From the human T2T-CHM13v2.0 reference genome, Homo sapiens: 64,000 bases of DNA. The translations under genes and the position numbers were made by a program. Positions 27,186-43,274 of this stretch are shown piece after piece (the stretch's first letter is position 1; the number at the start of each line of letters is the position of its first letter). The notes under the pieces were generated by a model. It was given only the letters and a program-made list of their open reading frames with translations. It was not told the DNA's origin and did no database searches. The stretch is taken from NCBI RefSeq assembly GCF_009914755.1, contig NC_060936.1; one strand, given 5' to 3'.

Positions 27186-28467
27186 TGTATTTCCTCTTAA
27201 AAAATTTCCATAAAACAAGGTTAGTTGAGTTAAATCTAGTTCTATCACAGCCTCTGGCGCATGAGGCTGATTTGAATTAGAACTGATGTCTCCATTTAGA
27301 TTATGAGTGATCTTGTGAAATCTAATGTGGTCCTGGGTGACACCTGAAAGTTTAATTTCATTCAAGGTTAATCTGAAGATGTCGGGAGACTTCCTTAGAT
27401 GGATCTTAGGTAGTTCTGGGAATACACCTATCATGAACCTATAATTCTGCTGCAGAATTTACCTGGACTCTTAGGCACAAATGGTTAACAACTGAGCTAT
27501 ACCACTCAGGGTCACTGGATACTTGAACAGACTTGCCAAATCTTTCCTGGGCTGAACTGTTGCCTCCAGCACTAGACTAAAATGGCCAACAGCCAGGAGC
27601 AAAAGTATCAAACACTATATGCCTGGGAGCTGGCCCTAGTGTATTTATTTCTTTGGAGGACTGCACTTTCTATACTGTTTTTAAGTTTTAACCTTTGGGC
27701 AAATCAAAATGACAGCACCTGTACACCCTGTACATCAAAAGGGACCTGGTCAAATGTCATTCTTTTTCTCTGTTGCTGCTCAGGGCTTTGATACTTCAAG
27801 TATTAAGCATGAAGACAATATGGATCACAGGTATAAAGGACACAAATATGTGCTGGGTAAGAAGCTATAAATAACAATGTTAAATGTTCTTTGAAATGAA
27901 TGAAAAGGAAGGATGAATTTATAGAAGTGGTATAAAAAACTCCTTGACAATCTTTGCTCTGCCGCAAACTGAACTAGTTAGAAGAAATATAATAAATGCT
28001 TTATTGAAATACAAAAATGGTAATATCTTCTAAACTGTATCTTTGATGTTTTACTTAGCTGCTAAAATAAAGCAAAATAAATAAAGCCACCACCCTGACA
28101 ACCACAAAGCTCCCCTCTGTTGACTAGGAGGAGAAAGTCTCTGTTTCTTCACTTGACATTTAGGTGCTTTTTGTCAGTCTTGTGCCATACTCAAAACCAC
28201 CTTTTCCACTTGGTCTCCTCTTCCCAAACAATGGCCCCTACCACCTTAAGCCAGGTTGGCTTCTGTATTGTCCCACCCCACAGATTTTCACCTCTGCACT
28301 TTTGCTCATGTGACTCTCTCAGCGTAAGAGAGTCACATGAGAATACACTTATCATGAATCTATAATTCTCCTGTAACACCTTTCCTCACTGATTTCTACC
28401 CATTCTTCAAGCCATTCTTTCCCAGTCTAGTGAATAGCAATTTCTTCTTCCTCTAACCTTTTACAGT

Positions 28468-28680
28468 AGGGGATAGCAAACTTTTTCTTAAAGACAGTAA
28501 GTATTTTAGCCTTGGTGGGCCATAGGTTTCAGTTGCAATATTGAGTCTTCTTGTTGTAAATAAAAACAGCCATAGACAATTCTTAAACAAATAGGTGTGG
28601 CTGTGTTCCAACAAATTATCTACAAATAATTTGTAATAATTATTAACAAAGGAGCTATATTTTGCCAACCCATCTTCTAG
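28468..28680. mobile_element. MER58A
   Basis: taggggatagcaaactttttc...aacagccatagacaat...gtgtggctgtgttccaa...tttgccaaccc. Confidence 0.8.
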
Positions 28681-28889
28681 AGCATCTATTGTGATTAGCA
28701 ATACTTACCACATAATGTCTTCTTTTCTTATTGTCTTATGTGTTTATCCCATACTTGATCAACTAGACTATAAATTTCATGAAGACAACCATAGCATTTT
28801 TTCTATTCCACACATCAATTCTGATACATTAAACATGGTATATATTCAGACATAGAGATATTTGTGATTGATTTAACCACCTTTAAACA

Positions 28890-29453
<564 letters not shown>

Positions 29454-29730
29454 CAGAACACCTTTTAAAGACAAGAAAAACACTTAATTCCTCTTTACTT
29501 CCATTCTTGTGCCTTTTTGTTTGTGTACTAATTCTTAATCCTGTATTTATGTGTTTTTTTTTTTTTTTTTTTTTTTTTTGCTGAGTGCAGGCATCACCTC
29601 TTGCTGATAGAGCGTATTACCTCTGATAGAGTGTATTACCTCTCTATGTTAAGGTATACAAAGATACATATTAAAACATATCAAGATAAATACTTTAAGT
29701 TATATCCTCAGAAAAATATTTTGTGACTTA

Positions 29731-30064
29731 CATATTAGTCCGTTTTCATGCTGCTGATAACGAAAAGAGATTTAATTGGATTTACAGTTCCACATGGCTG
29801 GGGAGGCCTCAGAACCTCATGGTGGGAGGTGAAAGGCACTTCTTACATGGTGGCGGCAAGAGAAAAAGAGAATGATGCAAAAGTGGAAACCCCTGATAAA
29901 CCCATCAGACCTCAGGAGACTTATTTGCTATCATGAGAATAACACAGGAAAGACCAGCCCCCATGATTCAATTACCTCCCCTGGGTCCCTCCCACAACAC
30001 GTGGGAATTCTGGGAGCTACAATTCAAGTTGAGATTTGGGTGAGGATACAGCCAAACCATATCA
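29731..30064 (-). mobile_element. THE1 (C-like) solo LTR
   Basis: tattagtcc...cagccaaaccatatca; TSD actta/acttt; short internal deletion. Confidence 0.88.
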
Positions 30065-31454
30065 ACTTTCTTGTTGGCAGAATGATTAGGATGAGGCCTC
30101 ATGCTTAGCCTGCCAACATAGCACTCATTTCTTAGGAGAACAAAGTACCATAGGTTGGGCTCCTGATAGAAAGCCTGTTGAGTTTTGCCATTTAATAAAA
30201 TAGAGTGCACAGTGTAATTTGTACAATGTCAAACTTCAAAGAACAATTTATAACAATAATGTTTCTATTTACAGCGTGCCACTAAGGAAGGGACAATAAA
30301 ATGTAAAGTTTGACAGTGTCTACTGATTGATATTAAGGTCAGAAGGGGGGAATATTTCTATTCTCAGCATTTTATTGTCAGTTGGCACAACAGAGGGCAG
30401 AATACAATCAACTTTGCATTCTTTTCAAAATTCAAGGCTTTGGAAAGGACAGTATTCTAGATGTTATATTTACCCAAGGGAAACTGGAGTGTAAAAACAG
30501 AAACAATTTAAAACTGCATGTTTCTAGTTGTTTCTTTTTTCTGTTAGCCTCGAGAAAAATTCTGATAAATGTAGTCCAGTTATAGGTTTTTATTCATGCT
30601 GTATTGTAACCATATATTTGGATATGTTAGCTGTTCATTTCAAATACTACACCCACATTTTCTGGTGACATAGATGGGGTCAGTAGATTAATGATAAGCC
30701 ATATGATTTGTAGAACTGATGAGGGGGGAAAAAAGTATAGCCATCCCATGTGACACAAGAAGATACTCAGCTCAGATGCCTCATCTTGGAATATGAATTA
30801 GCATGGTTCACTGGTAACAAAGAATGGTTATGCTGATCATAGTGAAGAATCCGATATGTATCAGCTGCATCTCTTTATAATAAAATAACACAGAGCTAAG
30901 TATAGAAATAAGTCATTCTCTTGCCACTGTGTGGGATTAAATGCTCAACTTTGTGTACGCATTTATTACCTTCTAGATTCTTCACATGTTGCTAAAATCA
31001 TAGAATTTCTGAAAGCATATTTCCAGTCACATCCTCTGACAGGGTGTTCCTTTCAAAAAGCAAAGCAGTGTTTGGCTGAGCTCAGTACAGTGGGCCAGGT
31101 ACTGATGGGTACCATCAGAGCTTGACATTTAGAACTAGGGGCTTTCCTAAGTGCAGTGCAGTGAGATCATCTTGCCTAGGAGGTAGGAGATGAAATGCTT
31201 TAATGCTAGCTTGTGTAGAAGACATTACTTTTATTACCATCTAGGGACCATCCAGAGGCATATTGAAATAACAACACCTCTCGCCCACACATAGGAGTGA
31301 CTTTGCCAATGGAATAGCTGTTGTTGAAGCTAACTCATGGGAATAAAAATACTGAACTCCTTCAAAAGCAGCCACACACTATAGAAAACCAGACGTCTAC
31401 CCAGAGAACTCAAGTGGCATGGAAAAGCATCAGCAGTCTCCATGTAGATCCTAA

Positions 31455-31860
31455 GAGGCTAAGAACTATTCATTCTTTCACCAGTAGTTTTTGAGCTCCA
31501 ACTCTCTGCCAGGGGGTGAACCATACAAGGCAGACATAACTCCTGTGAACACAGAGCATATATTATGACCACATAATCTTGTGAATACAGTTTTCTTAAA
31601 TTCAATAAAGGAGGAAGAGTACAAAGTGTTCTGCACTTCTGCAGTACAGGAAATTGACTTGACCTAGTTTGGAGTGGGGTTTGGAGCAGAAAAATTCCCT
31701 TGAAGCAGTGACATTTAAGTTGCAAACATAAGGATAGAAATTAGACTGAAATGGGGGTGGGAGGAAGGAGCAAGTGTTTCAGAGATAGGGAATAAGACTG
31801 TGAAAGTTTGAGATGAGCATGGTAATACTCCGAATCCGTAAGAACGCTAATTGGGCTTGG
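31455..31860 (-). mobile_element. L2 fragment
   Basis: tattcattctttca..., gaagcagtgacatttaagttg, gtttcagagatagggaataag. Confidence 0.5.
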
Positions 31861-34410
31861 AGTTATATTAGGCTAAATCCTATTTTTTTTCAGTGTCTGG
31901 TCAAGGGAGATTTTTTTTCTGAAGAAAGAATAACATGCCAGAATTACTAACATTATTCAAATTAAATTATATATTCACAGCTCCCCAGAGTATAAAGCTA
32001 AAGACTTTGTCTCTCTAACTTTGTTATTTCTAATTGATACTGTTTTCATCAATCCCAGTTTGATAATTATTAATATAATTGTATGATTTTTTAAGTTTCT
32101 GAAATGTTTTTAACCTGTTTTGCGTATATAATTTCATTCAGTTCTCACAATTAATATGAACAAGAATCACAGTGTCCAGGATCCCTCTCTGGGGGATGGA
32201 GGACATTGGCACAAACCTCACAGTTTTGTATTAGACCAATTCTAATGTTTACAATGAAAATCAGGTGATGGATGTTAACAAAAAACCATGTTTGATTTCT
32301 CAATCCAACCATGGGAAGTTTCTTTTTCTTATTTCTAGGAAGTTATAAACCAATCATCCCAATGAAATCATCTTTTTTTCATTGAATAGCATTACATAGA
32401 TCTTTTAAGAAATATTTACTCATTACTTTTTCTTAGATGCTACTAAGAGACAGAATCATCTAAGGGACAGAGGTGGAATGTGAGAAAATTGATCTTTCTT
32501 GGAGGAAGGCAGATAGACTGGATGACCACTAAAGATTTCTTTAGCTGTGTGTTTCAGTGGCTTAAGAATTCTTCTGTTTAAAGAAATATGAACTGGTTTG
32601 CATATCATTGTGCATGATTTAGTATTGCTGTGGTTTATACAGGGATGATTTAATATTGTTAATTTACTCACAGAGTATATTAATCAACTAATAGTATTTA
32701 AAGGGCTAGAGTATGAAAAATCAAGCAGAATGAAAAGCAAAACATGGAAGAATCTACTTTAGCTGTGTCCCTTATGATGTATTACGACCCTTGTTTGATA
32801 CATGACTATAATAAAGCATTGCCATTCAATTAGAGTAAGTTAACTTTAAAATTAATATTGTGCCTATGCTTGATTCAATTTAAAGGGCTGAAGAAAGGGA
32901 AGAGAATTTTGAACCATTCACTATGCATTAGCTCCAATGACAGAATATAGATCATAGTAAGTCATGGGCTTCTGCCCAGTTCTGATCTCTGTGTGGTGCA
33001 TGTCAATGTCAAACTTAAAAAATGTGCACTTTGGTTAGAGCGGCATGCATTTGGTAATTGGACAGAAGTGAGTGGAATGAATTGGAGGTTAAAGTCTAGC
33101 CCCTTGGAAATGTTTTGACACTTTACCCAGGAGCTTGCATTTATTAATAGTAATGGTTCCTAAATTTTTATTTTGGCTGGCTTTCTGATTATATTGAAAG
33201 ACCCAGAAGGAGTAATGAAAGAAATGCATTAGTGAAAAGTATTAAAAAATTACCTTTGACATCTCTAGCACACGGAGCAATTCTAGATGGTTGATAAAAG
33301 AGCATAAATCAATCGACACAAATATCCCCTTAAACCTTGTCTTTCATGTCCAGTATTTAATTCTTCCCATTTCTAGTATGAAGATAGGAATTCCATTATC
33401 ACTAAGAAAATCCACTCTGGGCATCCAAGTCGATATTTCTAAAAATTCACTCACTATTAATTAATGAATAGTGCAAATTAGGGAAATAACTTGCATATGT
33501 GTTAGTGTGTGTGTGGGGGAATACTCAACTAAAAAGGGGAGAGAGAAATTAAAATGTAAGTTCTTACTGTGTGCCAAGGACTTTGTTAGACACTTTTTCT
33601 AATTTATAAACAACTAGTAAATATTATTTGTCTGAAAGTATTTGGCATTGTTTCATACGTATGTACCGTCATATTTTTACACTGGTAATGTGATCCTACC
33701 AGACTAATTAGTTAAAATATTACCATGTTGGTCAACATTTTTTGTCAGGGGTGGGATCAGGGCAAAAAAATCGTCTGAGCATTAAAAAGATGCATGATAC
33801 CACTACAACTTGTTCTTGCTGCTTCTGTAGTGAAAAGCACTGTAAGGGAAAGGACACTTGTCTGTGCTGTACATGCACATGACCCATGTACAATGCATAT
33901 TACACAAGCATGTACTAGCAGTTTAGTGAAAGTCTGATCCTGAAGCGTTAACACTTGTTAACATTTTTATTTGCTTTATTAAGTTTAATATTCTTAATTC
34001 TTTTTGGCTTTTTGTATGTGGAATCCTCAAAACAGACCATTTTTTGGCAAAAACTTTGAGAAAAATAAGTAAATTCATTCAACGAGTAGGATTGGGAAGC
34101 CATTTTGTATGAATCTTATGTTGAGAGTGGATTTGAATAGAAATCTAAATTTCTGCAAATAGAAATTTGATGGGACCACTGGGAAGTAAGTAGCAAAGTG
34201 GGGAAAGAAATGGAAGATATGTGTTTAGTTGAATAGAGGCTGGATAGTGAGTGTGTATTAGTACAGAAGTGAGAAGAAAAAATGAAAGTAGGCCTTTAGA
34301 TTCAAGAGAAAGTTGCAGAGAAAAAGCCTGGAAGATGAATAGGAGAGAGAGAAGAAAAAGCTCGGTTCAAAGTTGTCACTTATTTTCAGGTTAGGTATTC
34401 ATTTTCATGA

Positions 34411-36600
<2,190 letters not shown>

Positions 36601-39594
36601 ACAGTAATCTGGAATAGGTCAAAATGAGTGTTGCTGGTGCTTGGAGACAGTTCAGATAGGTATCTATAATGAATTTTGAAATAGGAATATAGGATGACTC
36701 CTCTAAGAGTCCAATTTAATAAGTTAGAGCAGAGATGGATAAGGTCAGCTTTTGTATAAAATGGCCCCAGGGTCAGTAGGGTCTATAGTAACTGGATTGA
36801 ACATTAACATATTTGAAAATAGAATATGCATTGGTCAGCATTGCAAACATAGAAAAAGGTGAGTTGAATTCATTCAGCCAAACAAATATATATTGAATGC
36901 TTTCTGGGTGCCAGACAGAGGCTATAGTGATGAACAAGACAGGCAATGTCCCTGACCCCTCAGAGGTCTTACAGTCATAGAGGTCAGTGATGGCATGATG
37001 TGGCTGAGCATTGTCCGGGAGAGAGGCTGCCAGTGATACTGTTCTCCACTTTCCAGAACATCTCTCCTTTGAAGACAGAGACAGCAGGCATTTTTGCCTA
37101 TTATTACAGACTTAAGTCATCTCACAAATGCCCTTTTTTTTCTGAGACCATGCTAACTCTCTAAGTTTCTGATCATAATTTGGATTCTTAGATGTGTCTG
37201 CCTATGAGAATGAATACCAGAGTCAAGCAAATATGAGGGCTTTGGTCCTGGTGATGTTTACATTTCTCTTTTAAAATATGGCCATTAGTATTCTGTGTGT
37301 TACATCAGTCTACTAAGGGTATATCCCTAAGGGCTAAACCCCTTCTTAGACTTCTGCCAAAGTCAGATTTTTGAGTCTGAAGGCTGGGAGCCAGATCCTA
37401 TACTATCATAACTTTCTTGAGAAATAGCCAGCTGGGCTCATTGGTGACACTCAAAATCTGTGTTAACTGTTCTTGTTTTGCCTTAACATTTCTAAAAGGA
37501 ATAGGTCTTAGTCTCTCCAAATAATATTGAACATATATCTGAGAGATACTGCTTTCAGTCAAGTGATGGAATAGGTACATTTATCTTTTCTTGTTTCCTT
37601 ATAGTGGTTCCCTTGTGTCATTTCTTGATCTCATGGCAGACGTCTCTTGCCTCAGGTATGGCTGGCAAAGGGCCAGCCCATGATCTTATGGGATGTCTTT
37701 CAACTGTTCAGGGGATGGAGCAGTCTCATGATGTGTTAATTTGCTTTTGACATCTGGTTCTTATCCATCTGCTTAGAAGTCTGCTGTTATTATTTGATTA
37801 CTGGCAAAGCCAACCTCAGGCTATCTTTATTTTTTTTTTAAAGTCAACCTGAAGTTATTTCCACTTTTCTAAAGAGATCTTAAGTATCAACAGCTAATTA
37901 TTCTTTAACAAAATAGCAACCTCTGTGCTTTGCAACCTCAGCCTTTTCTTGGTATCAGCATTTTTGTTTTTTAATTTTTTTAAAAAATAATTATTCCATA
38001 CAAAATACTTAAATAGATTTCTGGCAGGTGACCATTGCCCTTTGCAGATCTCTGTGATGTTTTGATTTTCATGCCCTAAATGGTATGCCACAGTGGACTT
38101 GGTTGAAGAAATTAATAGTAACACTATACTTTTAACACTTTTCCATAAGATGGTAAAAATACTTGGGTATATGTGGAAGTTTAATTATTTACATTTTTTA
38201 AAAATAGTGATATAGTAGGGTGTCTAAAACTTTAAAACTTTTTGTTTTGTTTTTCAAACTTTTGGTTTAGCAGTACAACCTTGTTTTCAGATAAAATATA
38301 AAGAACCTGATATAATAAAGTGATAAAACTAGAGATAGTCTAGATGAAGCCTGAATGCATTGGCGAATTGGGTGGAGTCCTGGCTTAGAACTGCATAAAA
38401 CATGACTTCAAAGTCTAGAGTTTAGAATTTCAATATCAAATGTTACCAATGAGGAGGAGCATGAGAAAGAAACAGAATAAGAAGCAGAATATTATTTTGC
38501 CATATGTATATGGAGGAGCACTTTGAGAAGTCCACCAAAACAAGTGGGATATTAGTAAAAAGGCTAAAATGAGCCTAGAAGCTATAGCAGATTGGTAGCT
38601 GAGCAAGCCATGTAGTGGTGAGGACATTAAGAATGATGACCTGATATTGCTTTAATGGGAATGCTAGTTACAGATTGCAGAGGAACAGTAATATCAGACT
38701 AAAAAAAAGCCTTTGGGGGTGTTTCAAATTGTATTAAAATTAGAATGATTCTTTTAGGGCAAAGAAAACAGGCATATCAGGACTCCAAAAATAATGACAA
38801 AGTTTAATTCAGTTCATTTATCCTCTATAATGGGATAGACATGGTGCTAGGTATGTTTATATTATGTAGTGTACTGAAAATAATGCTGAAGCTAAAAACT
38901 GAAAACACGGGTTATTTTATGCCCCATAAACGTGCCAGATGGGAATCACTAGCATTCTGTTATCTACTAATATGTGGGATAAGGTTGCAAAGTGACATTA
39001 TATATATAAAAGAATTGAGATTTATTCTTTTCATTTGGAATACTGGTCATTTTTTTATGGGCAGTACTAGCAGAGAGTTTGGAATATATATAGATATCTA
39101 TGCATGCGGAGACCAATAAATTCTATTAAACATCCTAATTGTCTCTTAGATTTACTGCACACGTTAATGCCTAATGCTTCAGATCATGGGAATATTTAAT
39201 GCCAGGTTCATTCTATTTTTAGCTAAAGCTTACTCATTGCCAAGTGATGGTGTGTTTTCACCCATAAAATATAATGCTTGATGATACTTTGCTCATATTG
39301 TGCTTATTCTCTTTTGTCTGTAACATCCCCCAAAGCAAAACTCCTCTCTGCCTCTTAAATTTTCCTCAAGTTATTGCTTTATCTTGTTTCTCATCATCAC
39401 CATAAAATTTCTAGAAATAATAGTTTCTATCACTCAGTATTTACTTCTCAATGCACTGCAGGTTTTCTTCTGCATCTCCAGTGCTTAATAAAAGTACTCA
39501 CTTCAGAGCCGTTACTGGTGACCTGCTAAACACCAGCTCTGGAGTGTCTTTGCAGCCTCTGTGCTACTGCTTGTCCAACCGTCAGTTTGGTGCT

Positions 39595-40040
39595 TGTCTT
39601 GGTCCATTGCAGTATTTTGCTGTAATAAAATATGACACACTGGGTGGATTATAAACAATAGAAATTTATTTCTCACAGTTCTGGAGGTGTGAAGTTCAAG
39701 ATTAAGGTACCTGCAGATTCGGTGCCTGTTGAGGACCATCTTCTGGTTCCTAGAAGGTGTCTTCTTGCTGCATCCTTACATAGTAAAAGGAAAAGGCAGC
39801 TCTCTGGGGACTCTTTTAGAAGAGCACTAATCCCATTCAGGAGAACTCTGAATCAGATTCCAAAGGCCCCACCTCCTAATACCACCAAATTAGAGATTAG
39901 GTTTCAACTTATGAATATGTTGAACATATGTTGAACATACGCTTAATACATATGTTCAACATAATCCTATGTTGAAACCTAATCAACATCTTAGGTTGGT
40001 GATGGTGCCTTCGAGTGACACAAACATTGAGACCATGGCA
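39595..40040 (-). mobile_element. MLT1A-like MaLR solo LTR carrying a ~100-bp fold-back insertion
   Basis: tgtcttggtcc...agaaatttatttctcacagttctggagg...gacacaaacattgagaccatggca; TSD gtgct at 39590-39594 and 40041-40045. Confidence 0.88.
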
Positions 40041-40739
40041 GTGCTATTTGCCTTAAGTATCACTCTCCCGATCTGCTTTCTCCTTCTTTGACTATTTCCT
40101 TTCAGTCTCTTTCATGGACTGTCCTTCCTCTGTCCATTAACGTTCCCTGAATGTGGGTCCAAATCTTCAGTCTTTATAGTTTTTGCCTTAGTTTGGGACT
40201 CATCACTTCTCACCTGGTTTACTTCCGGAGACTCCCAATATCCTCATAGCTTGTTGGGCATAAGTCTCTCCCACCTGTTCCACATCATACTACATACTGT
40301 GGGAAGAGCAGCTGTCCATTAAAACAAGCCTGGTCTTTCACTAGATTACTTAAAACATCCATTGCGCAATGGATCAAATGAGAAAATTCTTGCATGGCAT
40401 GCAAACCCCCTCAGAGACCGGCTGTCATTTTCTGTTTCTGTCTTATGTCCTTCCACTCTCCTCCGTACACCAGCTGGAATGGCTGCCTCTGCACTTGTGT
40501 TCCTGAGCATGTGGCTGTCCTCCTTTCTCTGTCTAGCAATATCTAAGGTGTTTAATCCCTGCATGCCTTTTTCTTTTTGATACAGCAAGGGTAACTGTAA
40601 TGTCTGTATTAAGGGAAGATTGTGATGGTCAAAGGAAATAGGGCGTATGTAACTGCTTTATTTTCTACAAGCATCATAAACTGATCTATACACATTTATG
40701 TAGTTCTTGTTTTTAGATCACTTTGAGGTGGGCTTGGGG

Positions 40740-41140
40740 GAATTTGTGGAGGATACTCAGGAAACCGATAAAGATAATTAAAAGTTTAAAAATTAGAATA
40801 ATGAAGAACAGGAAAAGGAACAATTATTCAGCCAAGAGAAGAAAAGCCTGAAGGGAGATATAAGAAAGAAAAATTATTTCCTAGAGGACAGACTTAGACC
40901 ATCCTCCATTAATATTGAGAAGAAAGCACAGCAAAGCATATAGGATTTATGCTTGCTGTAAGGAACATTTCCCACATTAAGGGAATCGGCTATCTAGAAT
41001 AGTTTATTCATTAAACTCCCCAAATCTGTTCATCTGTAGATCTAAAAAGATATATTTTCTTCTGTCTAACCCATGTAGGTATGAAGAGGCCTGAATGTGG
41101 AGAAGTGAGTTAGGTGATTTCTTGCAGTTCTTTTTTTTCC
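40740..41140 (+). mobile_element. L3/CR1 3' relic
   Basis: ttattcagccaagagaagaaaagcctgaagggagatat...taaggaacatttcc...taggtgatttcttgcagttc resembles the CR1 ORF2 end and 3'UTR. Confidence 0.55.
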
Positions 41141-41450
41141 CCTCAGTAAGTCATTCTTTCATTCTCTGTCTCTCTCTTCCTCTATCCATCTCTCTAAATG
41201 CCTCTCTCTGGCTTTCTTTCTCTTCATCTCTGTAATACTATTTCTCCCTCTCCTTTTTCTTCCATTTGTTCTCTTACCTTTCTCTCACCATTCCTGAATA
41301 CTTTTTCATTTGAGCTCCTATCCTCCGAGCCCTAAAATGCAGTACAAACAAAAGGTTTCAGAAATAGTCCAAACACCACTATTCTACCTATTTTTTTGGT
41401 CTTAAGTTCCTCATATTTTTTGGTTGGCGTAAATATTTTGGATAAGAGGA

Positions 41451-41825
41451 TGATATGGTTTGGCTGTGTCCCCACCCAAATCTCATCTTAAACTGTAGTT
41501 TCCATAATCCCCACTTGTTGTGGGAGGGACCCAGTGGGAGGTAATTGAATCATGGGAGTGGTTACCTCCATGCTGTTCTTGTGATAGTGAATGACTTCTC
41601 ACGAGATCTGATGGTTTTATAAGGAGATTTTCCCTCCTTTGCTCTGCACTTTTCCTTGCCACTGCCATGTGAAGAAGGACATGTTTGCTTCCCCTTCCGC
41701 CATGATTGTAAGTTTCCTGAGGCCTCCCCAGCCATGCTGAACTGGGAGTCAATTAAACCTCTTTCCTTTATAAATTACCCAGTCCTGGAATGTCTTTATT
41801 AGCAGTGTGAGAATAGACTAATACA
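41451..41825 (+). mobile_element. THE1D-like solo LTR
   Basis: tgatatggtttggctgtgtccccaccc...gactaataca; TSD gagga/aagga. Confidence 0.9.
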
Positions 41826-43274
41826 AAGGAAAATTTTTATTTCTGTAGAGTTAAGGAGAGAGGCATTTTTATGATCACTTACTTTACATTACTTTATAAG
41901 GTCTTCTTTCTTCTGCACTTTTCTCAGCATAACTCCATATCTTTTTTTTTTTTTGAGAGGAATTTTTCCTGTAACTTATGGACAACATATTTTTGCCAGT
42001 TAACTATAAAGTTCCTTCATTACATGGTATTGTAATGAAGTCTGAGGGAAGAGGACATTAATCAGTACCATTACTCTGGGGAGCAAGAAGCACCACAGAA
42101 TGCCCTGCTGAACTTTGAGGTATATATTTGTAGGTTCAATTTCTAACCCTTGCATTTAGTAGGTTGTACTTGTTTCTTATATTATCTTTCTACCTATGTG
42201 TGTACTTCCTGCCTTTCTTTTGATGATGTTGGTGGCAATCTGTCTCTCATTAACTTTGCTTCCTATTTCTCCTCTATTACTTTTTTTCAGTTCTTCTCAT
42301 TCCTTTTTAATGTTTAGCCTTTTGGGGGCAGATTTCATCATTTACTGAGATTGGCTCCTCAAGGATGCAGTCCTGAAACTTTGCATGCTGATGGATCCCA
42401 GCACTTGCTACTGGAATCCACACAACTATGAGGTGACAAATGTTAAACTTGTATTATTTGTGGGAAAGTCACATGGCTGAGTCGATACCATCATTTTTCT
42501 TTTTCTTTTCTCTTGAGAAGCTACAATATCTCATCTTTGACTTTTTATCTAGTCTTCACTAGATTTCCCCCTCAAGCACTTTTAAAACATATAGATAATT
42601 GAATTTTGTTCCTGTTTTTTTTCTCACTAACTTTCATGTCATAGTTGAAGAGAACTATGTAATGTTCATTATCGCAGTTTCATTGTGAATCAACAAACCC
42701 CTGAATTAAAACTTTACAGTATAAACTCTAATAAGAAGAGTGAAATTGGCACTTCTGGAAAGCAAGAGAGAGGAGCAGTGGTCATTATAAGCAAGATATG
42801 GAGTTAACAGTTTGTAAATGATCACTCATTACTACTATTTCAACAGATGCTGTTAAATGGAAGCTATCCTGGAAAACTTATTTGGAATTGAATGTAAATA
42901 TTGTTGCTATAAAGTAGAATGATTAATTAGTATATTAACTATAACAGGAATATAAGGTCATTTAAATTATAGCTTTGGGTTTCCTCCCTCCCTTCATCTC
43001 TCCATTCTTGTTTTTTCTCTCTCCACTCCTCCTTCCCTTTATTTTTTTAACAAATATTTTGAGCATACACAATCTCATCAATCAAAATTATATCAAGCTT
43101 AAATGTTTCAGTCAACTGGTAATTAGGGTTTTTTTTCCTGTCATAAATATTTATTGAGCACCTACCATTTGCTCGCTTGGTGAGTTAGTAAATTACCTTA
43201 TTTATGTAAACTTATTTAAGTCCCACAAAGGTCCTGTGACTGGTATTATTATCTCCAATTTTCCTTAACTTATT

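Noticed and set aside
27180-27434. 84-aa minus-strand ORF with protein-like composition
   Set aside because: No recognisable domain or clear splice boundaries; this length is expected by chance.
29554-29579. Orphan 26-T run as the tail of a retrocopy
   Set aside because: No TSD, polyadenylation signal or recognisable body next to it.
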